A program made the position numbers and the translations under genes. DNA of 62,984 nucleotides from Verrucomicrobiia bacterium (lineage in GTDB: Bacteria; Verrucomicrobiota; Verrucomicrobiia; Limisphaerales; UBA11358): NCBI GenBank assembly GCA_035652955.1, contig DASRCU010000206.1:1-62984 (forward strand). Direction: 5' to 3'. Shown one piece after another: positions 18,839 to 26,928 of this stretch (position 1 is its first letter; every line of letters starts with the position of its first letter). Below the pieces are notes generated by a model that searched no databases, was not told the origin of the DNA, and worked only from the letters and a program-made list of their open reading frames with translations.

Positions 18839-20224
18839 TTAATCTTTCAGCCCCACTTTGAATTGATTGAGATAATCATTCGGTTTGCGGCCATCGAATG
18901 TAATGCCGTCAATGAAATTGCTGTCCGGCGCTTTAAAGCCGTCGGTTTCCGGAACATCGGTGGATTTGATTTTGCCCTCGGCGATCAACGCCTTTGCCGC
19001 CTGCAAATAAATTTCCGGGCGATAAATTTTTTTTGCCGTTGCCGCATACCATTCATCCGGCTTGGCCTCGGCGATTTGTCCCCAGCGGCGCATTTGCGTG
19101 AGAAACCAGATGCAATCGCTGTAAAACGGATAGGTCGCGTCATAACGGAAGAACACATTGAAATCGGGCAATGAACGTTTGTCGCCTTTTTGATACTCGA
19201 ACGTGCCGGTCATGCTGTTGGCGATGACTTTTTCGTCTGCGCCGACGTATTGCGGCTGCGACAAAATCCGGCAGGCCTTGACGCGATTGTCGTGGCTGGC
19301 ATCGAGCCATTGGCCGGCGCGAATCAACGCCTTCACGACCGCAATAAGTGTCTGTGGATTTTTTCCGGCCCACTCTTCCGTGACGCCAAAAACTTTTTCG
19401 GGATTATTTTTCCAGATTTCGTAATCGGTGATGACCGGGACGCCGATGCCTTTGAAAACCGCCTGCTCGTTCCACGGCTCGCCGACGCAGTAACCGCAAA
19501 TGGTTCCCTGCGCGAGCGTCGCGGGCATTTGCGGCGGCGGCGTGACCGAGAGCAAAACGTCGGCGTTCGTCGTGCCGGTCGTGTCACCGTTGATGTAATA
19601 ACCGGGACTGATTCCGGCGGCGGCGAGCCAGTAACGTAAATAGTAATTGTGCGTGGAAACGGGGAACACCATTCCGAATTTCAGCGGCGTTCCGGCGTCC
19701 TTATTGCGTTTCACGATCAGGGCGAGCGCGGACGCGGAAATCGGATGGGGCGGTTGCGGCACGTTCAATTTCGGGTCGGCTTCCTGCATTTGTTTCCAGA
19801 GGTCGTTGGAAACGGTGATGCCGTTGCCGTTCAAATCCATGCTGAACGGTGTGATGACATTTGCCTTCGTGCCGATGCCGATGGTCGCGGCAATGGGCTG
19901 ACCGGCCAGCATGTGCGCGCCGTCCAATTCGCCGCTGATGACGCGGTCGAGTAAAATTTTCCAATTCGCCTGCGCTTCGAGCGAAACGTAAAGTCCTTCG
20001 TCATCGAAATAGCCGTTCTCCTTTGCGATGACCAGCGGCGCGCAATCGGTCAATTTAATGAAACCGAATTTGAGCACGGGTTTTTCCACGGTGACGCCCG
20101 CAGCGCGCAACGCCAGCGGATGCAACGCGCCAAGCGCCGCGCCTGCCAGCACGCCTTTGGCCGTGGTTTTGAGAAATTGCCGACGCGTCGTTTCGCGGAA
20201 ATTGGAACTTAATTTTGAATTCAT
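18839..20224 (-). CDS. nrtA: Nitrate ABC transporter substrate-binding protein with Tat signal
   Basis: Twin-arginine [10 protein letters not shown], then [22 protein letters not shown]...[15 protein letters not shown], which is typical of CmpA/NrtA. Confidence 0.9.
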   Translation of the reverse strand: MNSKLSSNFRETTRRQFLKTTAKGVLAGAALGALHPLALRAAGVTVEKPVLKFGFIKLTDCAPLVIAKENGYFDDEGLYVSLEAQANWKILLDRVISGELDGAHMLAGQPIAATIGIGTKANVITPFSMDLNGNGITVSNDLWKQMQEADPKLNVPQPPHPISASALALIVKRNKDAGTPLKFGMVFPVSTHNYYLRYWLAAAGISPGYYINGDTTGTTNADVLLSVTPPPQMPATLAQGTICGYCVGEPWNEQAVFKGIGVPVITDYEIWKNNPEKVFGVTEEWAGKNPQTLIAVVKALIRAGQWLDASHDNRVKACRILSQPQYVGADEKVIANSMTGTFEYQKGDKRSLPDFNVFFRYDATYPFYSDCIWFLTQMRRWGQIAEAKPDEWYAATAKKIYRPEIYLQAAKALIAEGKIKSTDVPETDGFKAPDSNFIDGITFDGRKPNDYLNQFKVGLKD

Positions 20225-20252
20225 TTCGGTAAAAATTTTTCAAATTGAACCA

Positions 20253-21107
20253 TCAGGCTTGAAGCAATTCTTCCGGCGAAGCAGCGGCGGTGGGCACAGC
20301 AATTGCCGCCGCGGATTTTTCTTTTTGAGGCGAATATGTCCAATAGAGAAAAAGTCCCGTGAAGAGAAATCCGCCGATGAGATTGCCGATGGTCACGGGA
20401 ATCTGATTCCAAATCCACCAACCGGCCAGCGACACTTTCGCGCCAAGCATCATGCCGGTCGGAATGACGAACATATTGACTACCGAGTGCTCAAAACCTT
20501 GCGCAAAGAACGTCAGAATCGGCAGCCACATGGCGACGATTTTGCCGACGGTGGATTGCGACGTCATCGCCATCACCAGGCCGAGGCAGACCATCCAATT
20601 ACACAAAATGCCTTTGACGATCACCGTAATCATGCCCGCTGTGCCGTGTGCGGCATAAGCGGTTGTCTTGGCTTCGGCAATGGCGACAATTTTGGCCGCG
20701 ATACCCGTTGGCGCTTCGCTGCCGCAACTCGTCAGTACCGCGTAAAGCAGCACGCCATAAATCAAACTGCCGATGAGATTGCCAACAAACACCCAAAATA
20801 AATTGGCGAAGACCCGTCGCCAGTTGTGGCGGCCAGCCACGCCCGCCAGCATCACCACGGCAAAGCTGCCGGTGACAAGTTCAAGGCCAAGCAGCACAAT
20901 CATCACGAAGCCGACGGGAAAAATCAGCGCGCCCACGAGCGGCACGCCGGTTTGCGCGGCGGCAGTGATGGCAAGGCTCGTGGCAAATCCCAGCAGCGCG
21001 CCGGACAAAATGCCGCGAATCAGCAGGTCTTTGATTGGCAGCCCGGCTTTGTTATCGCCGACGGCAAGCATGCTTTTCACAACTTCGAATGGTTTGATGT
21101 AGTCCAT
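20253..21107 (-). CDS. Formate/nitrite transporter (FNT) family channel, putative nitrite channel
   Basis: MDYIKPFEVV...LIRGILSGALLGFAT...FPVGFVMIVLLGLELVTGS... shows FocA/NirC-type motifs. I trimmed the track ORF to the ATG at 21107. Confidence 0.9.
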   Translation of the reverse strand: MDYIKPFEVVKSMLAVGDNKAGLPIKDLLIRGILSGALLGFATSLAITAAAQTGVPLVGALIFPVGFVMIVLLGLELVTGSFAVVMLAGVAGRHNWRRVFANLFWVFVGNLIGSLIYGVLLYAVLTSCGSEAPTGIAAKIVAIAEAKTTAYAAHGTAGMITVIVKGILCNWMVCLGLVMAMTSQSTVGKIVAMWLPILTFFAQGFEHSVVNMFVIPTGMMLGAKVSLAGWWIWNQIPVTIGNLIGGFLFTGLFLYWTYSPQKEKSAAAIAVPTAAASPEELLQA

Positions 21108-21131
21108 AGTTTTATTTGGTTGATGGTTTGC

Positions 21132-21208
21132 CTCACGCAACGGGCGCGAAGGACGCAAAGGAATTTTTATTTTCAAAACCTTTGCGGCCTTCGCGCTCTT
21201 TGCGTGAG
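21132..21208. promoter_or_regulatory. 77-nt near-perfect hairpin (30-nt arms, 17-nt A/T loop) 25 nt upstream of the FNT start
   Basis: Arm 21132..21161 against arm 21179..21208 gives 27 of 30 Watson-Crick pairs plus one G-U when folded. The loop is AATTTTTATTTTCAAAA. The NasS-like ORF stop lies inside the left arm. Confidence 0.6.
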
Positions 21209-21720
21209 ATTTCTTTCGCTTTGTTGAAAATGTCCGCGCGGAAAACTTTTTTACCGAGCGCGAAAGTTAAAGCGCTGGCGTCCTTGCAAAGTCCGCTGTC
21301 ACGCAAATGTTGAATGACCCACGCGGCTTTTTTGCCGTCCGGCTCGTTCGCGTCGTCGCGTGAAAAAATTGTAAAATCAGGCACGGTGCGTGTGAGGTCG
21401 TGACCGAAATCAAATTCGCCGCTCAAACCGCGGCGCAACGCCATTTCCGACGCGCCAACATATTCGCGCCGCGCCAGCGTGGCGGCAAAGGGCATTCCGG
21501 CGACGGCGTGCACGGCGTCCAATTCGCCGTAAATGACTTTGTCGCGAATCGTCGCCCAGCCGAGTTCGCGGTTCAAAACAACGTTGAGTCCGAATTTTTT
21601 GAACAGGCCAAGTTCCTGCGCCATCACCAGCGGCGCGCAGTCGGTCAGCGGCACGAAGCCGAGCCGCAATTTGTTGGATTGCGGACCTGAAGTTTTGGCA
21701 ATGGATATTTTTTTTATCAC
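21133..21720 (-). pseudogene. NasS/NrtA-like nitrate-binding protein gene with a large in-frame internal deletion
   Basis: Residues ~17-80 ([23 protein letters not shown]...GELDAVHAVAGMPFAATL) align with the start of the window's own NrtA. The sequence then continues directly with the C-terminal region (REYVGASEMALRRGLSGEFDF...VPDFTIFSRDDAN..., compare Nrt[22 protein letters not shown]...[13 protein letters not shown]). About 225 residues are missing and there is no signal peptide. Confidence 0.55.
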
Positions 21721-21821
21721 GCACGGCGAATTTCATCGCCGCGCCAAGATTAGCGGCGAACGTGCCATGTTAGATTTTTGGCGCGATGAATGCCCTGCGT
21801 AATGCGCATGGAAAAAATGAA

Positions 21822-22315
21822 GTGGATTCATACAGGAACACTCCGCTTGACAGCAGGCAGTTGCGCGCGTTTTGTGTTCTGGCGCGCACCGGCAGCTTTA
21901 CGCAGACCGCGTGAACTTCATTTGACCCAATCGGGCATCAGCCACTCGATGAAGGCGCGGGAACGCGACTTGAGCTGTCTGCTTTTGAACAGGTTGGGCA
22001 AAAAAGTGGTGCTGACACAGGCGGGCGAACGACTTTTGCAATCCGCGCAAAAATTTTGCGGGAAATGAACGGCCCGCGGAATTGCTCGGACATCTCGGCA
22101 AATGGGGAAAAGGCTGATTGCGTCCAGGCGCGAGCACGGCGGCCTGCCAGCACATCATTCCGCCGGTATTGCGTGAATTCAAAGAAAGCTTTCCCGAACA
22201 CGCCATCAGTATCGAGCCGAACGACACGCGCGGCGAGCGATTGAATTTGGCAGAAGAAACGTTCATCGGCTTGTGCGAGTTGGCAACCGGTTTGTTTCAG
22301 GGTTCAAAGTTGTAA
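21822..22315 (+). pseudogene. LysR-family transcriptional regulator pseudogene (frameshifts, nonsense codon, truncation)
   Basis: The HTH is readable only across frames: LDSRQLRAFCVLARTGSFTQTA | (shift) RELHLTQSGISHSMKARERDLSCLLLNRLGKKVVLTQAGERLLQSAQK | (shift) ILREMN | (shift) ELLGHLGKWGKG*(TGA)[38 protein letters not shown]. Similarity is then lost. The gene is divergent from the nas operon. Confidence 0.75.
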
Positions 22316-22659
22316 TCTCAATCATTCGTTTTAGCAGCCTGTCATGCCGCGGCAAGCGGCGGACTGGGGAGCGGATTATTTTCTAACATTTGACGAAGGA
22401 CAAAAGAAAATGGCGAAGGCAGTCGGTCTGACAGTAAAAAATTAATGCCTCCGCGTGAACCACCGTTCGATTTTATGACTCGCTGCGCATCGTCAAGGTA
22501 TTGCTCGCCCTGTTGTCCTCTGCACTCCACCTTGACTACGCTTGCGTCGCCAAAAAAACGGCGATTAAGGCTTCACGCGAAAGTGCGCGAAACGCTCCTT
22601 TGTGTGTCCCAATTGGTGCAACTTCAGGCGCAAAACACGCCATTATTTTGTGTGGTCAA

Positions 22660-23227
22660 TCATGAATTTCAGACGGGACGCTTACTCCCAAGGGTTTAGC
22701 CCATATTTCGTCTCGCTAATGACGATTTTGACGCTGGCTTGTCAATTCCGAGACGCCAATTTTGTCATCCGCAAGACGAATCGCTGATGGAAAACCGGAA
22801 CGGCCTGTGTGCCGCCTGGACCCTGCACAATCCGATCGCGCACAGCGAAGCGGCGGCGGCGCTGGCGCCAGTGGACGCTCATCAGGAACTGCATGAGGGT
22901 GTGAACTTCAAAACCCTCGGGGCCGACAAGGGCTATCACCAAAAAGGCTTTGTGCAAGGCTGCCGGGAGCGGGCGATTTCGCCGCATGTGGCGTGCAAAG
23001 AGAGAGTCAAGGTGGCCGGCCTAGACGGGCGCACCACCACGCAGCAGAGTGACCAGATGAGTTTGAAAATCCGCAAGCGGGTGGAGGAAATCTTTGGGTG
23101 GATCAAGACGGTGGGCGGATTTCTGCGGAGCCGGTATCGGGGCCTGGAGCGGACACAGGTCTGGGGCCACTTTGTGGCGGCTAATTACAATCTGTTGCGC
23201 GTGGCGCGATTGGGGGCTGCGGCATGA
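22660..23227 (+). pseudogene. C-terminal fragment of an IS5-family DDE transposase
   Basis: ...DDFDAGL...SLMENRNGL...TLGADKGYHQKGFVQGCRERAISPHVA...RKRVEEIFGWIKTVGGFLRSRYRGLERTQVWGHFVAANYNLLRVARL are conserved IS5-group motifs. The N-terminal half is absent and there is an in-frame stop near 22697. Confidence 0.75.
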
Positions 23228-23428
23228 GTCGCCACGGGAAACCGGGCCAACCCCCGGAGCGGGCGGGCGGCGGGTCACGCCGTGAACCAAAGCGCCGGTC
23301 AGCGGCCACGGTTGGGACAGCCGTTACCACAGTTCCCACGCTGAATTTTGAAAATTTCACACATGAAAAATGCCGGGCCGAAAAATCACCCGTTTTTCAA
23401 CAGCCTGGTAAAATATGGCTTAAAGGCC

Positions 23429-23503
23429 TGGAGGCGGAGGTCGGAATCGAACCGACGAATGGGGCTTTTGCAGAGCCCTGCCTTACCACTTGGCTACCCC
23501 GCC
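23429..23503 (-). tRNA. tRNA-Cys(GCA)
   Basis: The reverse complement GGCGGGG TA GCC AAGTGGTAA GGC A GGGCT CTGCAAA AGCCC CATTC GTCGG TTCGATT CCGAC CTCCGCC T CCA folds as a canonical 75-nt cloverleaf with a GCA anticodon. Confidence 0.92.
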
Positions 23504-23546
23504 GCAACGTTCCGGCAGTTTAGTTGAATTTGTTGCCCTGACAAGT

Positions 23547-23804
23547 TCAATCGGCAAGTAAAAATTCAAACGCCCTTCGCAGTTCCGGTTCGCCCGAGAC
23601 GTGCTTTGGGTTCACGGCGCAAATGGCTGCCTGCCGGTGGTGTGGCCATAAGGTCGGTGGCAGATTGCCCGGCAGGCCGACCATTTTACTGTGACGGCCA
23701 AAGTCCTCGGCAGCGCGTTGCGTCGCTCCACCTGCAAAGTGGTTATCCGCACGGCGCAACAACGCCGGGTTGGCGAAAATGGAGTTACCCGCGTCGTGCG
23801 GCAA
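23547..23804 (-). CDS. Hypothetical 85-aa ORF between rho and tRNA-Cys
   Basis: Open frame with GC-rich third positions similar to neighbouring genes, starting at TTG. I recognise no motif, and it may be non-coding. Confidence 0.2.
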   Translation of the reverse strand: MPHDAGNSIFANPALLRRADNHFAGGATQRAAEDFGRHSKMVGLPGNLPPTLWPHHRQAAICAVNPKHVSGEPELRRAFEFLLAD

Positions 23805-23840
23805 CGTTCCTTAGCCAAACAATTCGAAACCGTGGAAGCG

Positions 23841-25370
23841 TCAGTTGACGCCCATGCTCAGCAGAAACTCAATGTTACTTTTGGTTTTCTTGAGTTTGCC
23901 CAGCAGCAACTCTATGGCTTCGACGGGCGGTACACCGGTGAGGGCGCGGCGCAGGATGACGATGCGACTGTATTCGTCCGGGTGATAGAGCAGTTCTTCC
24001 TTGCGCGTGCCGGAGCGTTCGATGTTGATGGAGGGGAAGATGCGCCGGTCCACCAGCGCGCGGTCCAGGTGCACTTCCATGTTGCCGGTGCCTTTGAATT
24101 CCTCAAAGATGACTTCGTCCATGCGGCTGCCGGTATCCACCAGGGCGGTGGCCATGATGGTGAGCGAGCCGCCTTCCTCAATATTGCGCGCCGCGCCAAA
24201 AAAGCGTTTAGGCTTGTGCAACGCGTTCGCGTCCACGCCGCCGGACAGGATTTTGCCCGAGTGCGGCTGGATGGTGTTGTAGGCGCGGGCCAGGCGCGTG
24301 ATGGAATCCAGCAGGATGACCACGTCGCGTTTGTGTTCGACCATGCGGCGGGCTTTTTCAATGACCATTTCGGCCACCTGCACGTGCCGTTCGGGCGGCT
24401 CGTCGAAGGTGGAGGAGATGACTTCGGCGCCTTTGCAGGTGCGTTCCATGTCGGTGACTTCTTCGGGCCGCTCGTCAATGAGCAGGATAAACAGATAGGC
24501 CTCGGGATTGTTTTTGAGAATGGCGTTGGCGATTTTCTGCATGAGCACGGTTTTGCCGGTGCGGGGGGGCGCCACGATGAGGCCGCGCGTGCCTTTGCCG
24601 ATGGGGCAGACCAAATCCAGCACGCGGGTGTTCAACTCGTCCGGCGTGGTTTCGAGGATGAACCGCTTGTTGGGGAACAGCGGCGTCAGATTGTCAAAGT
24701 GTGTTTTTTCCTTGGCTTTCTCCGGGTCCTCGCCATCCACCGCCTCGACTTTGAGCAGGGCAAAAAATTTCTCTTTTTCCTTAGGGGGGCGGATCTGGCC
24801 GGCAACGATGTTGCCGGTTTGCAAATCGAAGCGGCGGATTTGCGAGGGGGAAACGTAGATGTCCTCCGGGCAAGGGAGGTAATTGAAGCTTTGCGAGCGC
24901 AAAAAGCCGAAGCCTTCGGGCAAAATTTCCAATACGCCCTCGGAAAAGAGCACGCCGGCGCGTTCGGCGTTTTTCTGGAGGAGGTGGAAGATGACTTCGT
25001 GCTTGCGCATCGTGCCAAAATTTTCCACTCCCAATTCCCGGGCCATCTGGTTGAGCTCGGTCATGCTCATGGCCTGGAGCTTGGCGATGTTCAGCGAGGC
25101 GGCAATTTTGTCGCGTTGCGGTCCGCGCGCCGCCGGGGCTTCTTCCTCGGCGGTTGGCTCGACGGGGGCCGAGGGCGGCTGCAAGGCTGTTGACGACGCC
25201 TCGGCGGGAAGGACCGCCGCGTCTTTCTGCGCGTCCGCGGCGGCAGCGGCCTTAACGCTGTCGAGGGTTAATTCGGCGGTTTCGGCGGCGGCGACGGGGG
25301 TCGGGTCCGGCGTTTTGGCCGCCGTTTTGGCGGTTTTCGTTTTTGTTTTTTTCGTTGAAACTCGCGGCAT
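23841..25370 (-). CDS. rho: Transcription termination factor Rho with ~90-aa disordered N-terminal extension
   Basis: [26 protein letters not shown] (N-terminal helix bundle), the CSD-like RNA-binding region GFGFLR, Walker A APPRTGKT, and [12 protein letters not shown]. It is preceded by a K/T/A/P-rich low-complexity region. Confidence 0.95.
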   Translation of the reverse strand: MPRVSTKKTKTKTAKTAAKTPDPTPVAAAETAELTLDSVKAAAAADAQKDAAVLPAEASSTALQPPSAPVEPTAEEEAPAARGPQRDKIAASLNIAKLQAMSMTELNQMARELGVENFGTMRKHEVIFHLLQKNAERAGVLFSEGVLEILPEGFGFLRSQSFNYLPCPEDIYVSPSQIRRFDLQTGNIVAGQIRPPKEKEKFFALLKVEAVDGEDPEKAKEKTHFDNLTPLFPNKRFILETTPDELNTRVLDLVCPIGKGTRGLIVAPPRTGKTVLMQKIANAILKNNPEAYLFILLIDERPEEVTDMERTCKGAEVISSTFDEPPERHVQVAEMVIEKARRMVEHKRDVVILLDSITRLARAYNTIQPHSGKILSGGVDANALHKPKRFFGAARNIEEGGSLTIMATALVDTGSRMDEVIFEEFKGTGNMEVHLDRALVDRRIFPSINIERSGTRKEELLYHPDEYSRIVILRRALTGVPPVEAIELLLGKLKKTKSNIEFLLSMGVN

Positions 25371-25594
25371 AAATCAAATGATTCCAACCGACTGGCGGGA
25401 TTCCGGCTGCCGCGCGGCGTTGGCCTGTCGCAACAGCCATCCGGAATTGGACGGCGGGCGACTGGAAAAGTTCAAAATGGATTCAGTCCATTCGGCGTTT
25501 GAAGCGCTGGTGCCTCAACACGGCAAGGGAAATATCGCAGTCAGTTCGCCGTTACCTTGGCGCATGGGGGCGGCATTGTCAAATTTCTTTTTGG

Positions 25595-26914
25595 TCAATC
25601 GCCCAGTGGTTTGACGGTGGAGCTTGCGGGGCTGACGGCCATTTGAAACGTGTGAGGGTCGTCGGGGTGCGCCGGATCGAATCCCCGGAAATCCTTCACG
25701 ATGAATTTCGCCAGCGGCAGGTTGTCCTCCCGAATGCCTTCGACGACGCATTGGGCCAGCTCGCAGGCGCCGTAATCGGTGTGATGTGTGCCGTCCACAA
25801 ACGCCAGATCCAGATTCGTGCCCAGGGCGCGGTAGAACCGCAGGCTCATGGCATTCAAATCAATCAACGAGACATGCTCCGCCTGAGCCACGCGGCGCAC
25901 GGCGTCGGGATAGCCCATGAGGGTGGGGGCGTTAACCCCGGCTTTGCGCTCCATGGAAGTGACCAGCACCGGGGTGCCGCCGAGTTTGCGCGTTTGTTCG
26001 ACGACTTTTTGCAGGTCGGCCTGGTAAATCTCCAAGGCGTCCGGACGCTTGTTTTTCATGTCGTTGTGGCCGAATTGCACGAACAAATAATCGCCCGGCT
26101 TCATCAGGCTGAAGACCTTGGCAAAGCGGCCCGCGGCCAGCGAGTCGGCAATGGTTTCGCCGGATTCCGCGTGATTGGCAATGGCGATGTCCGGCTGGAA
26201 AAAACGCGGCAGCATCTGGCCCCAACTGGCCCAGGGTTCATCCGGCTGATCGCACACGGTGGAGTCGCCGAGAATAAAGACCGTCGGCACCTTCACCGGC
26301 ACGATCTGCAGCGCGCAGAGCGACGGATGACGCCCGTTGAATTCCAGCGTCAGCTTGTCGTCCCACGCCCACCTCTCGTTGCTTCGCTCCCGCGGCTTCA
26401 AACGCACCTGGCCGTCGCCGCGAATTTTCGGCGTGCGAACGTTCACGATGAACGAGCGCGTCGTGAATTTTCCGGCGGGGGTGTGGATTTTTTCCAGCAT
26501 CAGCCGACGCAATTCCGCCTTGACGGTTACCGTGGATTCGCCGGCGAACGTCGCGGTGACCCGGTAATTTCCTTCCGGTTCCTTCACCGAGAAATAAAAT
26601 GGCCGGTCGCTGGTCACAAAATTCGTCCCGGCGATGATTTCCGCGCCCGGTTCAAAACCAAAGCCGGTCGTATCAGAATAAAAATGCGTCGTCGTCACCT
26701 GCCTCCAGCCGGGGCGGGGCGCGCCGAGGCCAAAATCGAATTTTTTTGCCGGCGCCGACGCCGCACAAAGCATTATCCCGCCGGCCAGGAACATCCCGCC
26801 AGCCAGCGCGCGGGCCACAGAATTTTTTACTCCCCTCTCAAGCCCCGAAGAACGCCGCGGGTATTGGCTGGACGCAAACGGCTCAGGCAGCGAAAAACCT
26901 TTGCAAAAAAACAT
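25595..26914 (-). CDS. SGNH/GDSL hydrolase, rhamnogalacturonan-acetylesterase-like (CE12-like) with N-terminal beta-sandwich-like domain
   Basis: VFILGDSTV (block I GDS), ...ESGETI..., FVQFGHNDM, and ...DGTHHTDYGA (block V D..H). I trimmed the start to the ATG at 26914, 14 nt below the upstream gene stop. A hydrophobic signal-like segment is present. Confidence 0.85.
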   Translation of the reverse strand: MFFCKGFSLPEPFASSQYPRRSSGLERGVKNSVARALAGGMFLAGGIMLCAASAPAKKFDFGLGAPRPGWRQVTTTHFYSDTTGFGFEPGAEIIAGTNFVTSDRPFYFSVKEPEGNYRVTATFAGESTVTVKAELRRLMLEKIHTPAGKFTTRSFIVNVRTPKIRGDGQVRLKPRERSNERWAWDDKLTLEFNGRHPSLCALQIVPVKVPTVFILGDSTVCDQPDEPWASWGQMLPRFFQPDIAIANHAESGETIADSLAAGRFAKVFSLMKPGDYLFVQFGHNDMKNKRPDALEIYQADLQKVVEQTRKLGGTPVLVTSMERKAGVNAPTLMGYPDAVRRVAQAEHVSLIDLNAMSLRFYRALGTNLDLAFVDGTHHTDYGACELAQCVVEGIREDNLPLAKFIVKDFRGFDPAHPDDPHTFQMAVSPASSTVKPLGD

Positions 26915-26928
26915 GACGGGCCGCCAGT

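Noticed and set aside
22320-22660. AT-rich ~340-nt stretch between the LysR remnant and the IS5 fragment, containing short ORFs (for example 22342..22530 on the minus strand).
   Set aside because: I found no recognisable motifs, start contexts or repeats. It is most simply junk DNA left by the deletion or insertion that truncated both neighbours.
8254-23227. The idea that the transposase N-fragment at 8254 and the C-fragment at 22660..23227 (both on the plus strand) are two halves of one IS split by the island.
   Set aside because: The N-fragment (HPFY..LN..L....FD.FVE..C..YY type) and the C-fragment (LMENRNGL / RKRVEEIFGW type) appear to belong to different IS4/IS5 subgroups as far as I can recall their full-length relatives. 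The tRNA/repeat geometry also does not fit. This cannot be settled without ISfinder.
23504-23840. A search for rpmE (ribosomal protein L31), which often follows rho. ORF 23612..23818 has scattered Cys/His residues (..SACRAICHRPYGHTTGRQ..).
   Set aside because: The spacing and flanking residues do not match the L31 CxxC...CxxCHPFYTG pattern, and the ORF is R/T/C-rich like a shadow frame. No call was made.
23691-25193. 500-aa plus-strand ORF.
   Set aside because: It is antisense to rho, whose motifs are unmistakable. This is a shadow ORF.
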